64,000 bases of DNA from the NCBI RefSeq assembly GCF_001194135.2, contig NC_068991.1:66031621-66095620 (forward strand), given 5' to 3'. The DNA is from Octopus bimaculoides. Its lineage: Eukaryota. The translations under genes and the position numbers were made by a program. The notes below the pieces were generated by a model. The model saw only the letters and a program-made list of their open reading frames with translations, searched no databases and was not told where the DNA came from. This document shows positions 52,801-63,819 of the stretch, piece by piece; the stretch's first letter is position 1, and each line of letters opens with the position of its first letter.

Positions 52801-55800
52801 GTTTGAACTTTTAGATTAGGAATGGAAAATGAGAAGATAGTTGGTAAAAAAAAAATCAAATTAGTTTTAGTAATTAAGATGACTTCTCATATTTAGCCAA
52901 AACAGAATATAAATTTAATTTCAGGTAAAGTGATTAATTGTTACAAAATATTCTGTAATACATCTTTTTTGGAGTGGTGGGTCTCATCGCAGGTAAAGCT
53001 CTAATTAACAGAGTGTAAATATTGGGTTTAAAAACACTCTTGGATAGCTTTAAATTACTGAAACTCAACCCTTGACAAATATAATGTTTGTTTATTTATA
53101 TTGTTTTGGATTTATCATGCATTATCTTGTAGTTTAGAGATTGAGCTGAAGAGATTATTTAGTTTTAGAATGACATTGTAGGGTTGAGGTGAGAGGCCAG
53201 ATCTGGCCAATTACAACATAAAACAGGTTAAATATTTTGACCAGATATGGTTGGTTTAAAGATCATGAGAACTGTCTCAAAACATGACCAGTATATAAAA
53301 ATATCTTACCGTTTATATGGTTCATATTTTGGACTGGCTCTAGCTGCATAGCTGAAAAAAATAGGTTTAAAATTTAGTTTAAAGGATTAGCATTATGTAA
53401 TATACCAAAATCAATAAAATCAAATTCTAATGCTCAATGAAATCTACATTGTGTTTTATTAACACCAGTTCAAAATATATAAGAAACAAAATAAAATTTT
53501 GTATTAAGTCTACTGCCTGACTATGGACTTCATCCACCGCTCACATCAAAGTTTCTTGTCAGTTTACACAATCCCAATGTGCTGCTGAAGTACTTTTTGA
53601 CCTCCCCTTTCAACTTCTGTGTGTCAATCTTGTCCAGACACACTCCACTTAAAGAATTTAGAAGTGGACTATTTTTGTTCAGTAAGCCAAGCAGAGCTAG
53701 TGGCCTTTCTCAGTGACGAAGCATAATGATTTCGGCAATATCAAAATTTATAACTTTATAATTGGAAGTGAAGCACCTAACTCAAAAAGCAATGTTAAAA
53801 TCTCCAAATCACACTAAAATCTACAAATCAAATCGTTTGCCTCAATTATATAAACTGGACTATAGATAACTAAATTACAACAAGTATATTGTCCATTTTT
53901 TTTGTATTATAGTGCATTGTTGTACCATTCAAAACTTTTTATTCTTTACAAACAATACACAATGCTTCAAGTGAACTACAATACTCTCTTATATATATAT
54001 AAAACATTAAATTATATGAAGGCCAGTCAGAGACACTATTTCATCAAATTATAATATTAAATATTTTGATAAGTTATCAACTTTATAGACACTGGAAAAA
54101 CAAATTACCTTGGTGGGCTTATTTTCCTTCCTTGAAGTTTTTTCTCTTTATAAGCTCTTCTTTCTCGTCGGGATTTGCGACCCTAAAAAAGAAGAGCATG
54201 CGAAATTAAATAAGATCCGAAATGGTTAAGACAATACAGAATGGGGATGGTAGGGTGTCTTTAGACAAATCTGTGCCTCAAAGTTGCAATTAATTTCATG
54301 GTTGGATAATATCCTTCCATGCAAATTTCAGGCTGTACTTGGTGCAACTCAAAAGTTTGTTCAGTCATCCAAACTAAGCCAAGCAGAGTTAGGTGAGTTA
54401 GGTACCTTGACCAAAATCTGAATAGAGGCAGGTGTAAGTCCGTTCTTAGGCAAGCTTGCTGACAGCACTATACATGCTTTGGTTTTATTAGATGTTCTCC
54501 AAAAAGACATCATAGCCTTGCCATGTTTCCAGATTACTAGATCCCATCTGATCAAGAGATAAAAAGATTTTCAGAGAATGAACATGGACAAGCACAAAAA
54601 TTTAAAGAGATATCTTTGTGCACGAAAATCATATTTACAGTTGCCAGCATAGTCGCCTAACATCAGAATCGGTCTCTTTTTCAGTTTTCAATTAATCTGA
54701 AATTAGAGTTGTCTCCCCCTCTCTTCTTTTCTATTTCGGGATTCGAGAAAGTTAATCACTTTTTCTCACCACATATGTAATTAAATTAATTTTTTATAGT
54801 GGTGGTGGGTGTACGTTAACTATGTTAGCTTACATTTAATTTGTTCTTTAGTTTGTTTCGGCCACCAAAGCTACGACCAAGATGGAGCATTATCTAAAAG
54901 GAGAATCTAACTCTCAAAATGAGTTATCCCAATTCTTCAATAAACTACTGCAATGATCAACCAGTTAGTGATGGAAACTAAGCCAGAGTTGTGAATTCTC
55001 TACGTGGTCGCTTGACCTGCTAGAAATAGAAAGCAAAATTTCCCTCACTAACCTGCTGCAAAATGGTACTAGCTCTCTGTCGGTTACGACAATGAAGGTT
55101 CCAGTTGATCTGATCATCGGAACAGCCTGCTCATGAAATTAACGTGGAAGCAGCTGAGAACACCACAGACATACGTACCCTTAACATAGTTCTCAGAGAG
55201 ATTCAGTGTGACAAGACTGGACCTTTGAAATACAGGTACAACTCATTTCTACCAGCTGAGTAGACTGGAGCAATGTGAAATAGTGTCTTGCTCAAGGACA
55301 CAATGTATCATCAGGCATTGAACCTATGACCTTATAATCTTGAGTTGAACAAACTAACCACTAAGCCAAAGACCCTCTGTAAAATGGAATACCACAATAA
55401 CCCCTCATCATCTAGCATAAAGCTGACCTTACCCTGCCCTTGGGTTTTGTAAGTTGCATGCCGACCTCACTAGTGCTGGTGGCACTCAAAAGGCACCCAG
55501 TACATGCTGTAGAATGGGAGGTGTTAGGTAGTGCATTCAGCCATAGGAACCATGCCAAAGCAGACACTGCAGCATGATGCAGTCCTTGGATCCATTGGAT
55601 CCAGTTAAACTGTCTGATCCATGCCTGCACGAAACATGGATGTTAAATGATGATAATAGATAGTGTAGTCTATGATATATTATGCTTGCAAACAAAATAA
55701 AAAGAAAAAAAGAGGCAGGATGGTCACAACTGGAACGCCTGGATCAGGCTGATTTAGGGTGAAACAACAACATATAAAATTTACTCACAGCAAACTGGGC

Positions 55801-58800
55801 TTTTTCTTCTTCTAACAATTTGGCTTGTCTTAGTGCTTCAAGTTCTTCTTTGTCTTTACGTAAATATCTTTAGAAACAATACAAAGAGAAGGTAGAACAT
55901 TTTTGTAGAGGCAAGATACTTTAAATATATCTTCAGTACATTAACTAGTAACATGAAGACATCACTCTATAATACCCCAGTGGAGTTTTAAACCTAGGTC
56001 AGTACCATGTAGAAAGTACCCAACACACTCTGTAAAGTGGATGGCATTAAGAAGGGCATTCAGCTGTAGAAACCAAGCCAAATTAGACTGACACTTGGTG
56101 CAGTTCTGGTCAAATTGTCCAATCCATGCCAGAATGGAAAACGAATGTTAAATGATTATGATGATGTGTTGAAGAATATATTTAAATGGTGTAAGATATC
56201 CAGCATGATGGCCTATTATTAAATGTTTTACTCAAAGATAAATCCTAGCTTAATACATAGATATGCTTCACATATTACAAACTTCTCAACTGTGAAGTAG
56301 AATACTAGTTATTTCAACTGAAAAAGAAGTCTTGTTCGGATGCAGAACATAATAATTGTATCAAAATTTGAATTTACAACCAACAGAAGTATGGTTGGAA
56401 GTTTTTAATAAGTATGCTGAAGTTTAAGCCTGTTGATGAGGTTATCATAAGACAGAACATGCCTGGAATTGTCTTCCATATATGGTTTTGAGACAGCACC
56501 ACTATTTAGCACCTATCACAGGCTCAGGTCAACCAAATCCTTCTGAGTGAGATTGACAAACAAAAACTGAAATGCATCGCACGCGCGCGAGTGTGAGTGT
56601 GTGTGTTTTTTACTGTCTCCTTGCCTTGACATTGTAAATGTTGTAATTGTGTGTCACCATCAAGCAAGCAATGCCCTTCATTTCCCATCTTCCATAAAAA
56701 CATATCTGATCATGGGGAAATATTACCTGACCTGGAAACAGGTAAGGGTTGGTGAGAGGAAGGACATCTGGCTATAGAAAATACACTTCAACAAATTTTA
56801 TCCAATTTTATTCATGAAAGCATGGGAAAGTGGAGGTCACGATGATGATGATTCGTGCAAATTTTTCTCATTGCATAACAAGACATTAATATGAATTTAA
56901 TGCTCTTGCATGCTGGAAAGAGAAGTTGCTGGAAGAAAGTGCTTACCTGACATAATCATCGTCATGCATACCATAGTGTTGTGCACATTGGTTAAGTATC
57001 TTTAGCTGGTCGGGTGTGAGAGCATCAACATCGAGAGTGACATCTAGTAAAACAACAAGAGAGAAAAACCATACAGAAAACATGTGAAAAAACATATTAA
57101 GACACAAACTTAATGAAATATGGTATAAAGTATGATTAGATGTGATATAGCATTATCTGGGAAAATGTTCTATCTTTAACAATGTGGTTTCAAAATTGTC
57201 TCACAAGGCCGAGATGTCTTGGATTTCATCACTCAATTACATGATTTATGTAACTTCTAAGTTAAACAAGCTAACAAGGGAACCTCTACACAGTTGTTTG
57301 AACTGCTATGAATAACAGCTAAATAACCCTCAAATCAGACCTTCAAATAAAAGAAGGACACATTGGACAGTGTAGTCCTAGAAAGGCTAACAAACAGGCA
57401 AGATGATCATGGTTGGAATGGTTTTGATCACAAGCCTAACTGATTGGAACTGACGAAGGTACTGAAGAACAGCAACAATTAAATAGTAATGAAAGTGAGG
57501 ACATTTATTATAAACTAAGCAATTTAAATACAAAACATTTGATGCACTAGTGGCAGCTAGTATACAGGATGTTAAGGTAAATGAGTATGCTCATGGTTAA
57601 GGGTCGGTGGATGTGGGACGGGAGATAGGACACAACTATCACTCTTTGCCAAACTCTGTGGTCTTGTCTTGCAACCATACACTTCACTCAATCCAGTCCT
57701 CAATGTCATTGCTCTGTCTTCATCTGTCACCTACAAGCCTGTCCACCCAATCTCAAGGATATGTGTGCACAGATATTCTGGGCCCTGATGACATGGCCAA
57801 AATATTGCAATTTTTGCTGTCTGGCCAACATCACCAACTTAGGTTCTGCTCATATCTCCTCCAGGACTGAATAGTTCACTCTGCAGTCTATCCAATTAAT
57901 CTGCAGCTCTTGTTAATGTCCTCAGTCTCTTAGTGTCAGTGAGCCTGAGGGTCCAATGCTTCAACACCCTTACAATGCTACTGGTTGTTATGGTCATCTC
58001 TTTTCCCTTTTTACTTGTTTCAGTCATTGGACTGTGACCAGGACTTTTTATTATTTAAAAAAAATTATACCATACAGCCATACCTCATCCTATATACGAT
58101 AGCTAGTGGAAAACAAAGAAATGCATCTCACCCAAGAGCCAGAACATAACATTAGTTTTAACTATTTAGATCTTTCAGCCAGCAATCCGGCATGATTCTA
58201 TATTCTTTTACTCGCTTCAGTCATTTGACTGCGGCCATACTGGAGCACTTCCATATTTTAAAGTAGCTGAACAGAAAAGTGTGTAATCTCTCCCATGTGA
58301 AAAGAAGTTACATGCTGCAGGATTGCTTTCTATTTTCATACATCACTCAATGTACAATCTTGTATATTTACTTCGTTCATAACTACTTTGACAGCAACAC
58401 AAAAGTCCATGCTTCGTTGAGATGATCAGAATATTAGTAGAAGCTGTCTAGAGTTACCTCCCATACTTGCAAGAAAAATTAAAATTATGGTTTAAAATTT
58501 TGACTAAAGGCCAGCTATTTCAAGGCGAGTGGATAAGAAAAAATTAAAATATTAACAACCACTGATTAATTTTCTTTTTTCCAGTGCCTTTTCACTTCTA
58601 GTTAGTTTTAGAGACTCCATGCATTAAATATACTAAAGTTGACTTATTTAGTTGTGAGATATGAAAACATTCTAACTTCTAATGAAAGAACTATATGTAC
58701 AAAAGAGAGAGAGAGAGAGAGCGACAGACAAAGAGGGTAAGAGAGGGAGAAACACAGATGAGAGAGGGTGAAGGAGGACTTACCCAGATCAGCTGTTTCC

Positions 58801-61800
58801 ACATCTGTATCGCTACTGTCATCCTCTTCCTCCTCTCGAACAATCGGTGCATTGCTGTCTTCATAGGTGAAACCAATGGCAGCTTTTTTATCAGCCAACC
58901 TAAAGAAATATAAATAAATCATCACTGCATTACACTTAATAACAGAGTTATACAACCTGAGACAAAAACATGTCGATATCTACTCATCCTATTTGATATC
59001 CATTAACCATACAGGCGTAGAATATAATCTTTATTCCAAAGTGTGTTAAGCCTTCTAATAGCCCAGCCACCTCAACAAAATCAAAATCCAGGGATGATAA
59101 TGTTATTTGAAATTCTACAAGACTTTGGTACAGAATAAAGACAACATGTGTCTTTTCACTAAGCAAAACAACTCCTGAGTTCTCTGGTAGCACGTTTTCT
59201 TCGTCACAGTTGTTTACAGTTTATGTAGTTTCACTTTACAGTACAGCGTAATAAAGGGAGATAAATGGGGGGGGGGGGGGNNNNNNNNNNNNNNNNNNNN
59301 NNNNNNNNNNNNNNNNNNNNNNNNNNNNNNNNNNNNNNNNNNNNNNNNNNNNNNNNNNNNNNNNNNNNNNNNNNNNNNNNNNNNNNNNNNNNNNNNNNNN
59401 NNNNNNNNNNNNNNNNNNNNNNNNNNNNNNNNNNNNNNNNNNNNNNNNNNNNNNNNNNNNNNNNNNNNNNNNNNNNNNNNNNNNNNNNNNNNNNNNNNNN
59501 NNNNNNNNNNNNNNNNNNNNNNNNNNNNNNNNNNNNNNNNNNNNNNNNNNNNNNNNNNNNNNNNNNNNNNNNNNNNNNNNNNNNNNNNNNNNNNNNNNNN
59601 NNNNNNNNNNNNNNNNNNNNNNNNNNNNNNNNNNNNNNNNNNNNNNNNNNNNNNNNNNNNNNNNNNNNNNNNNNNNNNNNNNNNNNNNNNNNNNNNNNNN
59701 NNNNNNNNNNNNNNNNNNNNNNNNNNNNNNNNNNNNNNNNNNNGCTAGCATGGGTTGGACGATTTGACTGGTGAAACCGGATGGCAACACCAGGCTCCAA
59801 TCTAAATTTGGCAGAGTTTCTACAGCTGGATGCCCTTCCTAACGCCAACCACTCAGAGAGTGTAGTAGGTGCTTTTACATGTCACCTGCACGACGGCCAG
59901 TCAGGCGATACTGGCAACGGCCACGCTTGAAATGGTGTCTTTTATGTGCCACCCACACAAGCCAGTCCAGGGGCACTGGCAACGATCTCGCTCAAAATAA
60001 AAGCACTTTCATTGGCTTTTATATCTTTATGTTTGTTACTGCTAAGCCCCAGACCAGCCACGATGTAACAGACTATTGTCGCCATGGCCATCCTGTCTTT
60101 TTCATTTGTTCGGAGAACTTAAGACTACATGATAAGAATTTTCATTCTTTGTTTTATTTTATTTTTAAGATGGCAATGTGATTTAAGGAAGATTTAGCTG
60201 CTATTTCTAGCAACATGTATAAAAGCTCTATCAGTTTTGTGAGATAACGTGTAAACCTGCTCCCCTGAATTAATCACAATCAACTGGACATTCTCTCCAT
60301 CCATCCTTTTTGTACCCCAAACTGTGTCTTGTTCTCTTAGATATTAGACAAAATACAGCATCCAATCACTTCTTCCCAAAGGTGCAACCCATTGGGTTTC
60401 CTGCCTTCCAAAGTTTTTTCCTTGTAAACCGAAACAAGCTTAACCACAGCAATCTCATCAGCTAAGGAGGGCCTGAACCATTTCTCCTCCTCCTCCTTAT
60501 ATATAAGCAATCATCTGTGAACCACTGATTTTTACTTTAGCAACTTTTAAAGCATGTAGGATAAAAATCAGTTGAAGAGAGATATGAAGTTTAAAATAGG
60601 AAGACTCCTATTAAAACCACCCACTATCCTTAAAATAATAATCCTTTCTATTATAGGCACAAGGTCTTAAATTTTTGGGGAGGGGACCAGTTGATTACAT
60701 TGACCCCAGTGCTTAACTTGTACTTAATTTATCGACCCTGGCAGCATTTGAACTCAGAATATGAAGACAGACGAAATACCTATTTCTTTATTGCCCACAA
60801 GGGGCTAAACATAGAGGGGACAAACAAGGACAGACAAAGGGATTAAGTCAATTACATTGACCCCAGTGCGTAACTGGTACTTAATTTATCGACCCCGAAA
60901 GGATGAAAGGCAAAGTCGACCTCGGCGGAATTTGAACTCAGAACGTCACAGCAGACGAAATACCGCTAAGCATTTTGGTTGGCATACTAAAAGTTCTGCC
61001 AGCTCGCCACCTTGGAATAATAATAATAGTAGTAGTAGTAGTAGTAGTAGTAGCAGTAGCTTCAACTTTTGGCACAGGGTCAGCAATTTCAAGGGAGGGG
61101 TGAGTTGATTACTTCAACCCCGAAAGGAGGATAGGATAAGTCGACCTCAGTGGAATTTGAACTCAGAAAGCACAGACAGATAAGAAGCCACTAAGCATTT
61201 TGCCCAGTGTGTTAACAATTCTACCAGCTCACTGCCTTAAATAATAGCAACAACAGTTTCAAATCTCGGCACAAGGTCTGCAATTTTAGGATAGAGGGCG
61301 TTGGAGAATCAGGGCTCAGCAGAATCTGAACCAAAAACAGACGAGATTCAATTTTCTCTGGCATACTGACAATTCTGCCAGCTCAGAATAACATTAATAG
61401 TTGTTTCTAGTGTAGACCCAAGGCCAGAAATTTGAAGGATGGGTATGATGAATTACATCAACATCCAGTCTTTGAAGAGTACTTTATTTTATTGACCCTG
61501 AAAGAATGAAAGGCAAAACTGATTCTGAAGGGATTTCAGCTCAGAACATAAGACTTGAAACAAGTACCACAAGGTATGTTTTACTGATGTTTGACAAATC
61601 TGCCAGCTCACCACTTTAAAATAATTTCTAATGTAGGGATATGACCAACTATTCTAAGGGGAGAGGATTAGCCAATACTATTACCAGTGCCATGTACAAA
61701 GTACTTGTGTCAGTGCCATGTAAAAAAAGTACTTGTATGAGTGCCACGCGAAAAGCACCCAAGCCAGTGCCATGTAGAAAGGATCCATGCTGGTACAACA

Positions 61801-63819
61801 CAGAAAGCACCCATGCTGATATCACATAGAAAGTACCCAATGCATTCTGTAAAGAGGTTAGCATTAGGAAGGGCATCCGGCTGTAGAAACCATACCAAAA
61901 CATACAACTGGAGCAGGGTACAGCTCTCCAGCTGGCCAAACCGTCCAACCCAAGCCAGCATGGAAAACAGATGTTATATGATGACGATATTGACCTAATA
62001 CTCAAATGGTACTTCATTTACCCACAAGATATGAAAGACATAAAAAATGAAAATTTAAATTAAATTAAGACAGAGAAAGAAAAACAGTGAAAGCATATAC
62101 CAACTTTCTTTTCTCGTCATCAGGAAACCTTCTGATGGGTCCAAACTGCTCATCAAAGTATATCTGATGCAAACATTGTTCTTCATTCACTAAAAGATAA
62201 CACAAACAGATTATTGATATACAAGCTACTCATTCTTGTCACCATCAACATTGTCTTCAATCACTTCAAGTTTAGGATCAATACATCACGTATTGATAAT
62301 ATATTGGCCCTTCCTTTATTCAGTTATGCTCCACCACCACAGAACTTTGGTTTTGTGCCAACACAAGATACCATCATTGTTGTTTAATGTTTGAATTACT
62401 TTTGATAATTAAATGGTACCATATTGGCATGAGGCCACATGCATTCATAAGACTGGATTATAGTTTATTAAATCAGCCTCAATACATGCTTGGCACTCAT
62501 TTCATTGGTTTGGAGGGATGAAGGGGAAAAGTTAATCCAGGATAGACACAAGCATGGCTGCGTGATTAAGACGTACAGTTCACAACCACATGGTTTTGGA
62601 TCTGTTCTCATTGCATGACATCTTGGAGAAAGTGCCTTCTACTACAGCCTCGGGCTGACCATTGTTTTGTAAGCTTTGGTAAGAGAAAACGGCACAGAAT
62701 TCTGTTGTACGAGTGTAAATGTACACAAGCAAGTGAGTTCATATTGGCATTGTTCAAACTAAAACGATATTGTTTGTGCTACACATAAACAGTATTTCAG
62801 CAGCTTGGTGGTTCAACCTACGAAGACCAGGGCCATAAGCACTTTATATGGAAATAGATAAGAGATGGTGTCAGGAAGTATATCCAACTCATCTAACCCA
62901 TGCCACCATAAAAAGCAGACGTAAAACTTTTCTTTCCTCTTTTTTTTTTTTAATGCATGACAAGCATTACTGAGTTTCTAGTCTGTAGTGGAATGTGAAA
63001 TTGAAATATAGGAGCAATAAATCTGGGGGCTTCGTATGCATTTAAGGAGCAGTAATTTCTTTTATCTTTTTTTTTTACTCGTTTCAGTCATTGGACTGCA
63101 GCCATGCTGGGGCACCTACTTGAAGGGTTTAGTTAGCATTTATTTTTAAGTCTGGCACTTAGTCCATCGGTATCTTTTGTCAAAGCACTAAGTTATGGGG
63201 ATGTAAACAAACCAACATCAGTTGTAGAAAGAGCAAGCACAGATACAAGCATGTGTGTGCACGTGCACACATCACATGCTTCCACACAGTTTGTCTACCA
63301 AATTCATTTAGAAGGCATTGGTTGACCTAGGGCTATAGTGGAAGACACTTGCCCAAGATGCCAAGCAGTGGTACTGAACTGAAAAACTACATGGTCACAA
63401 AGCTTCTTAACCACACAGCTATGCTTGTGTATATCTTTAAGGGCCATGGCTCAATTTTATAATCCCAAAATATTACTGGTACATATTTTACCAGTGAAGG
63501 TAGAATAAAATCTGAAGCCAACACTGGCAAGATTCCCAATAGGCTTTTGCATAAGAGCAAAAACCATTACATCACAAAATACCAAGTCTAGGCTTCTATT
63601 TTTCTACCAGCTGAATGATTACAAAAAAAAAAAAAAAAGAAGAGAAAGAGAGAGAGACAGAGACATAAGAAGTAGACAAAATATGTCTAATTTTTTTTTC
63701 TTCTGGATCAATAAAAAAACAACCTATTCTACTTACAACCAGCACATTCATTTTCTACCAAAGTTCTGTATCTTTCATAAGAACATTTCCTTTCTTCTTC
63801 CTCTTCCTCTTTAGTCATC
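30980..63819 (-). CDS. CLASRP: CLK4-associating serine/arginine-rich protein, 3' 15 coding exons (5' exons outside window); spliced, 1897 nt
   Basis: Hand-spliced exons join in frame with GT-AG introns. Motifs match human CLASRP as recalled: ERKCSYERYRTLVENECAG, LADKKAAIGFTYEDS, LRKDKEE, GRKISPPSYA, YITSFGG, an RS domain, LTPKERLRRRMQAALNRQYKADK, DREDELR. No database search was run. Confidence 0.95.
32130..32302 (-). CDS. CLASRP: CLASRP exon (DREDELRSRVMEMRRRERERR...PDHYSR), phase 0/2
   Basis: ttgtcag acceptor, gtagat donor, 173 nt; matches EREDELRAMARKIRMKERERRE. Confidence 0.92.
33626..33684 (-). CDS. CLASRP: CLASRP exon (YKADKRAEIQKQERVEQERQ), phase 1/0
   Basis: tttatttcag acceptor, gtcagt donor, 59 nt; matches FKADKKAAQEKMIQQEHERQ. 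Confidence 0.94.
35128..35197 (-). CDS. CLASRP: CLASRP exon (ATGSTLTPKERLRRRMQAALNRQ), phase 0/1
   Basis: tttcttctttcag acceptor, gtaagt donor; matches KLTPQEKLKLRMQKALNRQ. Confidence 0.95.
36035..36724 (+). mobile_element. Tc1/mariner maT (DD37D)-like transposase 3' remnant in a CLASRP intron
   Basis: KHPVNIMVFGVITSNG, WQQDSAP, WPSNSPDCNPLDYY, SRLGAVVEVNGD; ends ...catcctgTA; a deletion prevents counting D-D spacing. Confidence 0.8.
42300..42480 (+). mobile_element. Possible RTE LINE 3' remnant
   Basis: RKLRGRPRMRWLDNV motif. Confidence 0.45.
43646..43691 (-). CDS. CLASRP: CLASRP exon (VPAPNLLGKATVDSQ), phase 2/0
   Basis: Strong gttttcttgttttccag acceptor. The gtcagt donor gives the phase 2-to-0 bridge needed between 46984 and 35197. 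Weak similarity to human EPAAGKETGAAK. Confidence 0.72.
43800..44165 (-). mobile_element. Possible non-LTR RT remnant
   Basis: KPLQHLGIECDS resembles the RT motif KYLG(I/V)xxDS; heavily decayed. Confidence 0.35.
45257..45480. repeat. Intronic inverted repeat (50-bp inner stem, 30-nt loop, 24-bp outer stem)
   Basis: 45290-45340 pairs with 45371-45420; 45257-45280 pairs with 45457-45480. Confidence 0.8.
46445..46502. repeat. Short tandem repeat, 3 x GGTGATAAA(T/C)GACTAT
   Basis: Read directly. Confidence 0.8.
46984..47238 (-). CDS. CLASRP: CLASRP exon (PRSKSKSPVQPAQVLPKPVIKRYRRASLSSS...TTTT...KTKDS), phase 2/2
   Basis: tgttcttcag acceptor, gtattt donor, 255 nt, in phase with its neighbours. 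Confidence 0.88.
47835..48815 (+). mobile_element. RTE-clade LINE, 5'-truncated RT/3' fragment (antisense in a CLASRP intron)
   Basis: KAFDSI, GVLQSDPLAPSLF, FADDICLL, FKYLG, RKRGR..; A-rich 3' end at ~48810. Confidence 0.85.
49137..49221. mobile_element. 85-bp mariner-derived MITE (MADE1-like architecture)
   Basis: TIR CGAGGGGTGTATGAAAAGTTTCGAGCCT versus its reverse complement; TA on the right flank, CA on the left. Confidence 0.85.
49684..50112 (-). CDS. CLASRP: CLASRP RS-domain exon (KSSRFNRKTSSSSNRYRHRSRSP...HSPQPKA), phase 2/2
   Basis: ttcttcccttag acceptor, gtaagt donor, 429 nt, RS-dipeptide rich. The ORF track shows only an alternative frame here. Confidence 0.92.
51083..51292 (-). 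CDS. CLASRP: CLASRP exon (SSSSSKSRSRSPENAGKVMYITSFGGESEEE...RNPP), phase 2/2
   Basis: ctctttcaag acceptor; gtcagc donor inferred from phase; 210 nt; matches SRSRSRSP...KITFITSFGG. Confidence 0.85.
51340..51724 (-). mobile_element. tRNA-derived CORE-like SINE family C (AGGCGCAGGAGTGGCTGTGTGG head, internal (TG)n); other copies at 2586-2868(-), 12563-12952(+), 21607-21998(-), 26535-26885(-), 28428-28860(-), 30128-30372(-), 41175-41530(+), 45655-46040(-), 63070-63428(-)
   Basis: Box A TGGCTGTGTGG, box B GGTTCAGTCCC, GGCACCTTGGGCAAGTGTCTT CORE-like segment; many copies. Confidence 0.85.
53310..53351 (-). CDS. CLASRP: CLASRP exon (YAARASPKYEPYK), phase 2/2
   Basis: ttttttcag acceptor, gtaaga donor, 42 nt; matches YARRDSPTYDPYKR. 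Confidence 0.92.
54109..54182 (-). CDS. CLASRP: CLASRP exon (GRKSRRERRAYKEKKLQGRKISPP), phase 0/2
   Basis: ttttttag acceptor, gtaatt donor, 74 nt; matches GRRSRRQRREFREKRLRGRKISPPS. Confidence 0.95.
55789..55867 (-). CDS. CLASRP: CLASRP exon (YLRKDKEELEALRQAKLLEEEKAQFA), phase 2/0
   Basis: tttctaaag acceptor, gtgagt donor, 79 nt; matches MLRKDKEEAEAIKHAKALEEEKAMYS. Confidence 0.95.
56947..57043 (-). CDS. CLASRP: CLASRP exon (VTLDVDALTPDQLKILNQCAQHYGMHDDDYV), phase 1/2
   Basis: gttttactag acceptor, gtaagc donor, 97 nt; matches DVEVDVDELNQEQ...YGMADGDFVR. Confidence 0.93.
57590..57990 (-). mobile_element. RTE-clade LINE 3' fragment
   Basis: Degraded WTLRLTDTKRL...SVLEEI...QQKLQYFGHVIRAQN, typical of the RTE C-terminal region. 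Confidence 0.7.
58784..58899 (-). CDS. CLASRP: CLASRP exon (LADKKAAIGFTYEDS...ETADL), phase 2/1
   Basis: tttctttag acceptor, gtaagt donor, 116 nt; matches LAEKKASIGYTYEDS. Confidence 0.95.
62105..62189 (-). CDS. CLASRP: CLASRP exon (NEEQCLHQIYFDEQFGPIRRFPDDEKR), phase 1/2
   Basis: tcttttag acceptor; gttggt donor required by the phase of the next exon; matches SEEQCLYQIYIDE. Confidence 0.9.
63737..63819 (-). CDS. CLASRP: CLASRP exon (MTKEEEEEERKCSYERYRTLVENECAG), phase 2/1
   Basis: ttttatttag acceptor, gtaagt donor, 83 nt; matches human ERKCNYERYRGLVQNDFAG. Confidence 0.93.
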
